64,000 bases of DNA from assembly GCA_012295275.1 (NCBI GenBank), contig CM022679.1:4278001-4342000 (forward strand), in the 5' to 3' direction. Position numbers and translations under genes: made by a program. This DNA is from Chrysomallon squamiferum. Taxonomy: Eukaryota; Animalia; Mollusca. Below the pieces are notes generated by a model, which was given only the letters and a program-made list of their open reading frames with translations, did no database searches and was not told the origin of the DNA. Shown here piece by piece: positions 15,406 to 27,072 of the stretch; position 1 is the stretch's first letter, and each line of letters begins with the position of its first letter.

Positions 15406-15807
15406 ATAAATAAAAACCAAGAGAACTATGAATGTATGAAATGTCATTTAAATATTTTCCTTTAATTTACCTTTTTTATAGATGTAAAAACATCACACAG
15501 TATGAATAATTATTTCAAAATGTGCTAGCGATGTTAAATTTATTGCATTTGTTTTATTTAAATCTGTCAAAGTATTTTTACAGTAAAAGATCAACATCTT
15601 TGAAAAGCTATCTGTACTTGAGTGAATTCGTAGATAATGATGCTTTATCATCATGACGATGATCATAATGAAGATAATGATAAAGATAATAATGTATACA
15701 CACCTATACATACACACATAAACACACTTACATACTTACAGACATATACTTTCAGACGTACATTATCATACATACAAAGATACAAGACATACACACATAA
15801 TCAAATA

Positions 15808-15853
<46 letters not shown>

Positions 15854-16733
15854 TTATGATTTGCTATCTATGCAGTTAGGGTGAACTGAAGTTATACATT
15901 TCTGTAGTGGTGTTATCATAATGTAGAAAAAAAACATCCTTTCACATATTCATTTAAAATGAGTATGTCCAGGATGATGACGATGATGATTATGAATATT
16001 AAGATAACAGTGAACGTGTTAAACGATATTCAAGGTAAATATAAGAAACTTACACTCACTGCAGTTCTTAACGTAGCCACAGTGTTCTAAACACTTTCCA
16101 GCTTTCGAGAGTAATTAACTTTGTTACTGCAGTTCTACGATCACCCATATTAAGCAAATGGAATTAAATAATAGTTGAATTTATTTCTTTATTCAAAACA
16201 GTCTTCCGTTCGATCGTGGCAACATAAAACGGCAAAGTAAATGAATAATGAATGCATAACAGAATGTTTTAATAATAGTTGTATCAGCGTGTAAGAATGA
16301 CGAAACATCCCGTTGTCCTTAGACGAATGATGATGGTGACGATTGCTTTGCGTTTGAAAATTGCATATCTTAGCCATTCCTTCTTTCCTTTTGCTTTTTT
16401 TATTCATGATTTTTTTTTTATTGTTATATATTTATAATTTAATGTCTACATTCATGGTTTTAATACTTTCATGGTTTGATCTGCTTAATAACTTCTTCCG
16501 TTGATTTTAATTTATTAGAATCAGATTTATATTTTCTCTCTCGTTCTTTCACCCTTTTAGACAGATATCTTTTTTATTATTCTTTAACATTTTATATTTT
16601 TAATAAAACAGTGTGTTTCGCTTTATTAATAACCTCTTTTTCTCTAGATTTCTTTTTTTTTTTTTTTGATTTTTGATTTTTAATTTTATTCATTTTTTTT
16701 TTTTTTTTTTTTTTTTCTCTCCAATCCAATTAC

Positions 16734-16807
<74 letters not shown>

Positions 16808-16918
16808 CTTTTGCAAATTATTCATTTTCATATTCTTCAATAATATCCTTTTTCACGTTTTTTTTTCTTCTTCTTCTGTAATTCTCTTTACATCTCTAAG
16901 TGACACACTCTCTCTCTC

Positions 16919-17350
16919 TCACGTCTTCTCCACTCTATCGAAGTGCACGTTCGATTCGTGTGTTGTCAAGGTGATTATTGGTAGCAAAACACACATGGAA
17001 ACTATGATTGTTGTGAGGTATACTAAGAAGAAGATTCGGTCAAATATAAGACCGGCAGCTTTCCATTCCTTAGCAATTTTGTCTCTCTTGTCCTTCTCCT
17101 CCAGCCTGCGTTTGTACAACTTGAGGAATTCCATTAGGTCTAAGAGGTGATAGTTAATAAGCGCCAATTGCCCGCTCTGGTCGTCAGGCGCAGGCTTCTT
17201 CGTGTGTACGAGTAGATCAGTGGACACGTCATGCAACCATTTGTTTTCTCCGTTTACACCCACATATTTGCCACCCGGCGTCTGGTTTCCTATGAACGGT
17301 TGTATGAGATTGTCCATACATAAGATCTTGCCGAAGAAATGGAACAGCAA
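16919..17350 (-). CDS. nAChR alpha-type subunit, coding exon 7 (intracellular loop, MA helix, M4, stop)
   Basis: Acceptor ttttgttttgcag|; 143 aa LLFHFFGKILCM...IAKEWKAAGLIFDRIFFLVYLTTIIVSMCVLLPII...VEKT*, with the EW--A----DR-F motif preceding M4; TGA ends at 16919. Confidence 0.95.
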   Translation of the reverse strand: MLFHFFGKILCMDNLIQPFIGNQTPGGKYVGVNGENKWLHDVSTDLLVHTKKPAPDDQSGQLALINYHLLDLMEFLKLYKRRLEEKDKRDKIAKEWKAAGLIFDRIFFLVYLTTIIVSMCVLLPIITLTTHESNVHFDRVEKT

Positions 17351-17689
17351 CTGCAAAACAAAAAAAAAAAAAAAAACCCAGGAAGGATTAGCATCATTAA
17401 TATTTCACTAGTGGAGTCATTTTGTTTTTATTCTTTTTTGTTTTCAAATTATTTAGATCTGAATATTGTGTTGATTGTTATCTAGACAAAGCGACAATGG
17501 TTCTATTGTTCACATATTAATTACAAAGAGTGGCGTGCGTGAAATTTTAATGTGCTGCTTGTTGCAGGTAACTTAAATGACGTCATTGTGGGGGTGTTGT
17601 AGAAAAGTGAGAATGAGAATGTGAATAAATGAGTAATTATTTGTTTCATGATACCTGGTCATTTATTACTTTTACTCTCTCTCTCCCAC

Positions 17690-17843
17690 ACTCTCCTCTC
17701 CTCTCCCTCTCCCTCTCCCTCTCCCCTCCCCTCTCCCTCTCCCCCTCTCCCCCCTCCCCCTCCCCCTCTCTCTCTCCCCCTCCCCGTCTCTCTCCCTCTC
17801 TCCCCCTCTCCCTCCCCCCTCCCTCTCTCCCTCCCCCTCTCTC
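17690..17843. repeat. Pure pyrimidine (CCCTCT)n-like tract in the last intron; G-rich on the transcribed strand
   Basis: About 150 bp of nearly exclusive C/T with many CCC-CCCCCC runs. Confidence 0.85.
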
Positions 17844-18006
17844 TACATAGATACATATATATATATGATTGAATGACTGAGTAACAGCCTGCTATGGCTA
17901 CGCTAAAGCAGATAATTTCAGCATGCGTCGTTTAGATGAATGTTTCCATACAGAGAAGATATGTGTCACAAGCTTTTGATAGTTTTGTAGCTAATTCGTG
18001 ACTTAC

Positions 18007-18122
18007 CCTTCTCAGACAGTTGGGAACGGGTCGCCTGGCTCCGTAGAATGACATGTTGACCACAAAGGCATTTAGAAAAGATGAAAGTGTAATCAGAATC
18101 ATATTTAGACAGTAGTACGTAC
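18007..18122 (-). CDS. nAChR alpha-type subunit, coding exon 6 (M3 and start of the intracellular loop)
   Basis: Not in the ORF track. Acceptor ctctttgcag|G, donor AGG|GTAAGT; 116 nt encoding (G)TYYCLNMILITLSSFLNAFVVNMSFYGARRPVPNCLRR. Confidence 0.95.
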
Positions 18123-18204
18123 CTGCAAAGAGAAGTATTTGTTACAATAACACCATACGAATTTCCAAATTAGTACATTTATTTTATCATCATCATCATC
18201 ATCA

Positions 18205-18260
<56 letters not shown>

Positions 18261-18272
18261 GTTATTATTATT

Positions 18273-18307
<35 letters not shown>

Positions 18308-18374
18308 TTAGTTTGTTTGTTGTTCTTCCTCAATATTTTGATCAGAAAAGAGAATGGAAAGCATATGCTTATCA

Positions 18375-18499
<125 letters not shown>

Positions 18500-18515
18500 A
18501 TAACACAACACATAC

Positions 18516-18602
18516 CTAACAAAGGAACCGTAGAAGCAGCAGGTGGAAGATTGGATTCCATCAATAAAAGCAAGAGGAAGAATGCAACAAATATATTAAT
18601 AC
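18516..18602 (-). CDS. nAChR alpha-type subunit, coding exon 5 (87 nt, pore helix M2 and M2-M3 loop)
   Basis: Acceptor gtttttgcag|G, donor TAG|GTATGT; encodes (G)INIFVAFFLLLLLMESNLPPAASTVPLL(G); phase 1-1. Confidence 0.95.
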
Positions 18603-19050
18603 CTGCAAAAACAAACAGACAGCAATAATTAATGGTTAGCTGAATCATGACTAACTAAAGGATTAAATAACATACTCACTGCATGACTTACTCACTGACT
18701 CATAAACGTACTGATTTACTAAATAACTCATTAATTCAATGACATTTTCTCTGACTAAGTCTCTGACATTTATATTTATTAATGGACTTGCTAGTTACTT
18801 GTTAAATGCACTGAGCAAATTAATGACAAGTCTATTGACTTTATGGATGTATCCCTGAATATTTGTGCATATGTGTGTACGTTTGTATCAGCATTATTAT
18901 TGTTGATGTTGTTGTTGTTGTTATTATTGTTATTATTATTAATGTTCTCCTTACGATTATTATTGTTATTATTAGTGATGTATCTTTTTTGCTGTTGATG
19001 CCGTTTCCTTTGGAATAAAATAATAATTTTTATTTCAATCTATGCATACA

Positions 19051-19112
<62 letters not shown>

Positions 19113-19284
19113 CAAACACATGTCTGTATGTATACTGCAATGTTTTGTGCATTCGACTATCTGTAATAAACAAACGAGAACAAAATAACTGAAATAATCT
19201 TCACCAGTCGCGATGTTTTCGAACACCGCACATCAACAACAAAAAAATATCTGCACGTGCTTCTCCCCAGCTTTATTAACTCAC

Positions 19285-19739
19285 CTAGCATGAGCTTGGC
19301 TGGTGACTCCGGTGGAATCCAGAACAACACGAGAGTCAACGAGGTGAGGAGAATGCAAGGGAGTATCAAAATATAGTTGTAGAATGTGGACACCCTCTGA
19401 AATACGAGGGTGAACGTCAAGTCAACGTACGGTTCCGGACAGCACGTGTATTTCCTGATGTTCTTCCGCGCCGGAGCCTGGAGAATCTGCCACGCGTTGC
19501 TGTGGACGTACTCGGTGAGGTCGATCTGCGTGGCCTGGCCGTGCACCTCGAGGTTCACCTTCGTCCCGTCGTACGTCCACGACCCGAACTTCAGCTGGCA
19601 GTTCTGAATGTCGAACGGAAATGACGACACGTCGATCTCGCACGAGCTGCGGTACACGGCCTGCGGCATCCACGTGACCAGCCCCGTGAACTCGATGACG
19701 CAGCTGGCGTCACGGTGCTCTTCGAGTCGAATGTCTGCA
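19285..19739 (-). CDS. nAChR alpha-type subunit, coding exon 4 (Cys loop, loops B, E, C, M1, M1-M2 linker)
   Basis: Acceptor ctctcag|T, donor TAG|GTGAGT; 455 nt. Contains CEIDVSSFPFDIQNC (C-x13-C), FGSWTYDG, YTCCPEPY (vicinal cysteines define an alpha subunit), M1 YILILPCILLTSLTLVLFWIP and the linker PESPAKLMLG. Confidence 0.97.
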
Positions 19740-19772
19740 CTGAGAGATCGAAAAATTGTTGTTAGTTAATTA

Positions 19773-19822
<50 letters not shown>

Positions 19823-19963
19823 TATTATTATTATTATAATGGTCTGCATAGAATTAAACAGTAGCAGTAGTAGTAGTAGTAGTAAGTAATAGCAGTAGTA
19901 GCAGCAGCAGCAGTAGTAGTAGCAGTCGCAATAACACTACTACTACTGGTAATAGTTGTAGTC

Positions 19964-19994
<31 letters not shown>

Positions 19995-21215
19995 TAGTAG
20001 TAGCAGTGACACTAGTTGTTCTAGTAATAATCGTAATAGTGGTAGTAAGTAGTAGTAGTAGTAGTAGTAGTAATAGCAGCAGTAACACTAAAACTGTTGG
20101 TAATAGTCGTAGTCGTAGTCATAGCAGTAGCAGTGATGGTGTTGGCGGTGGTGGTGGTGTGGTGGTTATGGTAGGAGTAATAATAGTAATAATAGTAGTA
20201 CTGTTAAGGTAATCATTTTAATCATAATAGTAATAATAATAATCATAATCATAATAATAATACTGATGATGATGACGATGACGATAAAAAAAGTGGAAAG
20301 GAGCACAGTGTATAACAACAATTATTATACGAGACAATAATTATAGCAACAAATTATTTGTTTTTATTTCCTTTTAATGCATACAACCGTACATGAAAGA
20401 GGAAATCTGCTAATCATGATTGGAGCTACTGTTGCCCATTAGCAGATAAAGCATTTTCATTTGAACCTTATCATAAACAGTAAAATATATACCACCATTT
20501 GTTTCATGCGCTTATTCAATGGGCTTTGGCTGGGAAGACACTTTGCCCAGTTGGCTTACCGAACATTTTCCTAAACAGATCGATCACTAAAGGGCTGACG
20601 CCAAGTTTTAAAACATTAGCTTAACTGGGATTTAAGCGTCACTCAATACTGTTATGCCAAAGTGGCTAAGTTATATTAAATATAGGACCACACAATGACA
20701 TTTATTTCATAGACAGACGAAGTAATGCAATTTTAATCTACACGTCAGCTCTGAAACGTTATTTTATATTGAGTTTAATGTTTTTCAAAACTGTCGATAT
20801 CGCTCTGAAACACAATACCAGTAATCTGTTTTCCCCGTGGACTTAAATCTACGCCTGGAGCCCACGTTCGCAAAATGTTCTAAGTCAATAAACGAAACCC
20901 GTATTTTTTTTTTTTTTTTTGTCTCCCTTGCAAAATCTGCACTGCTTGCGAATGTCAAAGCATATAACGTTATTAGTTAACTCTGTGCAGCAATATTCGG
21001 GTTATGTTGTATATTTTTTTCAGTTATTACGAAAGAAAACATAAAAAAAAACAGAAAATGAGAGATGAAACGAAAAGAGATAGCATGAGATAGAATTTTT
21101 CGAAAAAAAAAAAAAAAAATGCGAGCTGATAAAATGTGTCACAATAAAATGTGGAGGGAAGGAAGAAAAAACTCTAGAAACGAACTGAAACAATAAGTAA
21201 AACGTTACTACTTAC

Positions 21216-21325
21216 TAGTTGTATAATTTTATATCAGGGATCCATATTTTATCGGAAGGAATTCGCACTTTGTCGACTCCACCCCATTCCTTGGGGTCCC
21301 ACTTAAGATATTCGTCAACCCATCT
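21216..21325 (-). CDS. nAChR alpha-type subunit, coding exon 3 (110 nt, loop A)
   Basis: Not in the ORF track. Acceptor ttttctttttcag|, donor CTA|GTAAGT; encodes [36 protein letters not shown](Y), with the classical W-D--L-W-P and IW-PDI-LYN motifs. Confidence 0.96.
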
Positions 21326-21419
21326 CTGAAAAAGAAAATCAGAACCATGGCTACGATAAAAATAGCTAAAATAATTTTATTATTTTAATAAGTGGTCAAT
21401 TTAAAATTTAAATAAATCG

Positions 21420-21526
<107 letters not shown>

Positions 21527-22241
21527 ATATGTAAACATATTCCTGGTGAGAATGGATTTTCAATTTATCTCTTGTATATTTTATGGTTATTACAGTATTG
21601 GTATTTCAAATCATTACATGGAAAGCGATAAATAACCGTTATTGTTACAATAGTAATTCTAACATTAGCATTTTGATTAATTCTTTCTTGTTGTGATATT
21701 TATTACATTTTATTCAGAGTAATTGTGATTGTGATGCTGAACACCTGCATTTCTGATAATAAATTTTGTTTTTGTATCAACCGTTGTTATTATGTATGTA
21801 TAAATGCATGTATAAATATATGTATTCAGCTATATGTATGTATGTATGTATGAATATGTATTTATGTATGTATATATGTATGTATGTATGTATGTATGTA
21901 GGTAGGTGGATATGTATGTGTGTATATGCCTGTCTCTCTGTCTGAATATTTGAATGAATGTATGCATATATGTACATACGCGTGTGTGTGTGTGTGTGTG
22001 TGTGTGTGTATTTATTTGTATATGTACGTATGTATGTGTGTATGCAGTATCTATTGTTGCACTTAAATGATGTCTATAATAACCATTCTACGCTGCCTTG
22101 TTCCAAATCCACTTAGAGACATACAGGAAACAACTCTTACCTGGGAGTTATCGAGGACTAAGAACATCAAGACACCCGGGGATGAGGATTACTTACATTT
22201 ATCGAGGACTAAGAACTAAGATTAGGATGAGGATTACTTAC

Positions 22242-22441
22242 ATATCTGTCCCAGACGTTTAGCGTCAGCACCTGCTCCTGCTCGTCTAGGTCCATGATCT
22301 GTATGAGCTGAATGTTGAACTCGATGTTGACGGTGTCGTTGAAGTGTTTGACTGGTCGGCCATACTTTCCTCGTCGCTTGTACATGTGAAGTAGATGCTT
22401 TATCAGTGCGTCCTCGTCCGACAAGTAAACCTCAGCGAAAC
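22242..22441 (-). CDS. nAChR alpha-type subunit, coding exon 2 (N-terminal helix, beta1-beta2, loop D Trp)
   Basis: Acceptor tcgtgcag|G, donor TAT|GTAAGT; 200 nt encoding (G)FAEVYLSDEDALIKHLLHMYKRRGKYGRPVKHFNDTVNIEFNIQLIQIMDLDEQEQVLTLNVWDRY, with the nAChR motifs RPV and QI-D-DE--Q-LT-NVW. Confidence 0.95.
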
Positions 22442-22450
22442 CTGCACGAA

Positions 22451-23030
22451 AAATAAATAAACAGATAAATAAATAAACAGATAAGTAAATAAATAGATAA
22501 ATAAATAGATAAATAAATAAATAGATAAATAAATAGATAAGTAAATAAATAAATAAATAGATAAGTAAATAGATAAGTAAATAAGTATATAAATAAATAA
22601 GTAAATATAAATATATAAATAGATTTATATATAAATAAATAAATAATAAATAAATGTATAAATAAATAATAAATAAATAAATAGATGAATAAATAAATAA
22701 ATGTATAAATAAATAAATAAACAGATAAATAAATAAATAAAAAGATAAATAAATAAAAATATATATATATATATAAATAATAAATAAATAATAAATAAAT
22801 AAATAAATAGATAAATAAATAAATACATAAATAAATATATAAATAAATAAATAAATAAATAGATAAGTAAATAAATAAATAAATAGATACATAAATAAAT
22901 AAATAAATAAATATATATATATATATATATATAAACAAATAAATATACAAATAAATAAATAAATAATAAATAAATATATAAATGAATAAATAAATAAGGA
23001 TAAAAAAATAAGTAAGTAAGTAAATAACTA
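22451..23030. repeat. Compound (AAAT/AGAT/AT)n microsatellite abutting the exon 2 acceptor
   Basis: Direct inspection; source of the 227-aa and 224-aa YLFI artefact ORFs. Confidence 0.95.
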
Positions 23031-23639
23031 AATTATAAGTATATAAATAAAAAGAAAATATGAAAGTTAGTAAATAATCTGATGTAATGTTTAGAAAGTA
23101 GCACATAAATAAAGCTTAAAACATTACTGATATTATTTGTAAAATCATACTGTACTTGTGAGCTTATCGCAATTGTCGATTTAAAGACAGTTTAATACAT
23201 GTGCATGCGTGTATCTATGTATATGTTACCGTGTGTGTGCACATGTATGAATATTACTCTAATTATGTATTATTTACAAATCTAGTATTCTTTGAAATAA
23301 CTATGTTTTGCTCTGACACAGAACAGTATGAAAGAAACAGAAAACATATGTAACAGCTATATTTTAATAAAAAATGCATGTACTGGATCGAAAATCGAGG
23401 AAATTTGGTCATTTTCCAACATACGGAAAACCTGCACTAACATACAGGTTACGCAGTGTTTGTTGTGATGGGAAATTGGCCAAAAACTTTGCGACATTGG
23501 TTGAATTCTGCAAAACGTTCCTGCTTCGACAACTACGGTGTCATTTATTTAAGCACCCAGAGATAGCAGAACAAATTTAATTTAACGATTCAACAAATTT
23601 TTACACTAAGACTATACTCAGTGTTTACGACAGTAAAGA

Positions 23640-23830
23640 TAGTGAAAAAAAACACCCAATGTCATCATGTAATGGTCACTTCTTTTCCGATCAGCATCAA
23701 GGATCTTTCAAGCAGAAAGGAAACAACATAAAAAAATCCCTATTTTATGAATCAGTCTTGGAGCGCTGGGAAACAACCGAGAAGAATTGATCTTGAAATC
23801 TTTCACGTCACTCTGACCACTGGGCTACAT
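23640..23830 (-). mobile_element. Degenerate tRNA-derived SINE-like relic
   Basis: Pol III A-box-like TAGCCCAGTGG on the minus strand at 23817-23827. Shares short colinear blocks (CAGTGGT, AATTCTTCTC, CCAGYGCYCC, AAAGAT) with 44521-44700. From memory it resembles a gastropod SINE family; not verified by search. Confidence 0.4.
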
Positions 23831-24085
23831 ACAACTCGCCCACATTTGCTAATAGAGAAAACGTATTTATAACTCATACAAGTATTTCGTTTATCACCCA
23901 TCCTGTGTATTGTTCGGATTATACCATATCAAAAGACAGCTGATCACTAAATCAATTTTACATTGCTGGACATCATCCTATTACTGCGCTACAAACAAGA
24001 CAAAAGTGACAATGGAATGGATAATTATTTTCCTTATTTATTTTGTTTTATCAATAAAACTGTTATAGAAATAACCTTTATTATC

Positions 24086-24135
<50 letters not shown>

Positions 24136-25028
24136 ATATTTTTTTTGTTTTGGTATTCATAAAACAACAATGACATCCTCTATCTTCATATGTTGTTTTT
24201 TTACTTGTTTTTAATATCCATTAACGAACAAAAATAGCTACTTGATCCTCATTGCGTTAAAAATCCCGCAATGTAACGGGACATATGCCCCGCGGTTATT
24301 GCACAAAATGCAGAACTACAAACGACAATTCCCAAGTCGCTTCTCTGTCGTTTTACGGCAAGATTTCGAGCTGCACATGGAAATGGAGTTTATTATTATA
24401 CTTTTTTTTATTCATCAAAGGAAACAGCAGAAAGGACATTAATACGTGGTGGCATTACAAGCGAACAGTCCATTCAGAGGATTACGACACAGAATTAATA
24501 TTGTTTGTTTGTTTTTTTGTGTTTTTTTCCATTCTCGTTCAAAGCGTCGGTCCGTTGCTTTGTAAAAATAGTTTTATGCCATCTCTAGAGACTTTATAGT
24601 GCAATGGATACATCTATTATGTATAAACATTGAAAGCTAATTCCGCTTTGTATTTTTATTACTTTTCTAAATTGTCTTTCTGTGAGTATTTCGCTAGTAC
24701 ATAGTTATTCGATTACGTTTTCGTCGTATGACGGTCGGTGGAGAAAAAAGAACGAGATTAGTTAATGAATGTTTAGCGACAAAAAGTTAACTCAGCCACA
24801 ACACGTAAATATGAATATGAAAAGTCGTTTGGGAATCATACACAAATGATTTCGTAGTTTCAGCCGTATGTGGCCGAAGCGTTTTCAGACTTGTTTGCTA
24901 GCAGACGTTCTGTCTTAGCCAACTGAACAGACCACAGAGGCAGCCATGGTTTAGAGATGGCTCTAAAACACTGGTCTTGTATCAGGGTTTTTCTCTATTC
25001 TTTACGGCCTAAATATTCATGCTATGTT

Positions 25029-25284
25029 CACTGGCGAACCTACGGTTTTGGGGTCCCTGAAGCTTGAATACTTTAGGGTGCCCTTCGCAAGCAACAACGA
25101 GGTTTGGGTAACTTCTCTTATGTTCTTCTATGGCAATATTCTATGACAAGTCTAAAAATGTAGACGCATCTCAGATGTTGGTTAAAAGTTTGATGAAATG
25201 TGGACTAAACTCGCTTTTGGGGCCATCTGGGATTAGGGGCACTGAAGCTTTAGATTCATTTGTTTCATAACAGATTCGCCCCTG
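25029..25284. mobile_element. hAT-like MITE (256 bp, non-autonomous)
   Basis: Imperfect TIRs CACTGGCGAACCT / CAGGGGCGAATCT (10/13 identical), flanked by an 8-bp direct repeat gctatgtt (25021-25028) / gatatgtt (25285-25292). A subterminal GGGG-N3-4-CTGAAGCTT motif occurs near both ends. An 8-bp TSD with CAG-type termini is typical of hAT. Confidence 0.7.
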
Positions 25285-25405
25285 GATATGTTAGTATGGT
25301 ATTTTGCACTATCCATAAGCCTAAAATGGCTTAGAAAAGTAAATAATGAATGTTGTCTAATCTGAACAGTAAATGTCACAGCGAAGAGTTTTATCAAGCA
25401 TGCAT

Positions 25406-25493
25406 AATCTGAATTATGTTGCCAATGCTCAACAGTTCGTCTGCCAATCGACGAATTTAGGAAATTTCGCTAATTTATCATGATATATGATGT

Positions 25494-25530
<37 letters not shown>
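25406..25530 (+). repeat. Short element with (GA)n tail, copy A (inverted relative to 29699-29830)
   Basis: ctgaattatgttgccaatg..caac.gttcgt...atttcgctaatttat.atga..atgatgtttacagagaga matches the reverse complement of 29699-29830 apart from a ~20-bp indel. Confidence 0.85.
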
Positions 25531-25532
<2 letters not shown>

Positions 25533-25555
25533 CCAAAACATATAAATAACTACAC

Positions 25556-25600
<45 letters not shown>

Positions 25601-27039
25601 GAGAGAGAGAGACCCCAAAACATATAAATAACTACACAAAAAAATAGAGAAAGATACAGGGAGAGAAATTTTGTTGGCACAATTTCAAAGTATCAATTTC
25701 CACATCAATCAGTGCAATATTTATTAAAATAAGAAAATGATAAACAGGATGAAATTTAGATTTATACCTAATTTAACACAGAACAAAGTAAAATAACATC
25801 TGTAACACAGTGATATCCAAATAAATGTACAAACTTACAAATATCTATCGCTTGTTCTTATGCATTATAAAATGTAATCTTCTTTCTTCTGTTCCCGTTG
25901 TGACGATTAACATAACCTACATAATATTTTAGGTTAATCTACTTCTAACCTACATCCTTCTGAAGTTAATCTACTTGACGCCTACATAAACACGCCAATA
26001 ACATTGCACATTTTTCATCCTCTTTCGCTTCTTTTGTTTCATTTCTTACGTTAATATTATGATTCTTAAAGTACTGAAAATCCGAGATGTCATTTCTATC
26101 AAAGACTAACTACAAAAACATATCTTCTGAACAGCTAAAGATGGTTTAATTAGTCTTGTAGTAGGATTATTTTTTATTAGTGCTCTTTTAAGGGATTTTT
26201 CACTTCTGATTGTATAACATGGATTTAGCAGTTAAATAGTTTAGATTTTAATTCTGACATTTCGCTTACATGAATAGGCGTATATATATATATATATATA
26301 TTAGTGGTGAAAGATTAATAATTTTAGGTTCAAAAGTACAGGTTAGAAATTCGGTTCTATTTTTGCGCCCACTCGATGAGTTAAATAAAAAATAAATAAA
26401 TAAATAAATAAATAAAATTTAAAATCCAACTTTCAACACATAAATCTGCTTCCACAAATAACTCTGTAATCTGCAGGGAGGAGCTGTCTAGTGGAGGGTA
26501 ATTGTAGAGATGTATTGATCTGCCAAGTCTCGATTTATCAGCATTGTCTTGGGTGACAAGTTTTCGACAGTGAGATCTCGCAATAATACAGCTTACTCGG
26601 GGAGATGGACTTTTTATTCATCGCCTGATCTAATTGTGTAGATTAGAGCCACGAAACTGCTTCAGTTGTAGGCAAAAAAAAAAAAAAGTCTACTTCTAGA
26701 AAACGGGTGAATGGTGAATTTATAAGGAGTAGTATTGACTGGTTTAGTCGGTTAGGAATCAGTTTCAGATATCTAGTCATTTCAAACACAGTAACTAATT
26801 TTGGTTCTGAAGCTGGATGTTGGGTTATATAACATTTGTGTAGCATTCGTTAAAGAAATTTAGCATCGTGTCATCAATGATTAATTATGATTATAAGGGT
26901 TAATAATTTAGTATTCACAAGTACGTAATGTTATTAAATTTAACTGTTATGTAAACCTATTGAAAGTGCAGACTTTATTCCATGCTGACACACCGATACA
27001 TAAATACACACACACACACACAAACACATACACACATAC

Positions 27040-27072
<33 letters not shown>

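Noticed and set aside
19410-19673. Overlapping 65-aa (+) and 83-aa (-) ORFs
   Set aside because: Shadow ORFs caused by the high GC3 of nAChR exon 4.
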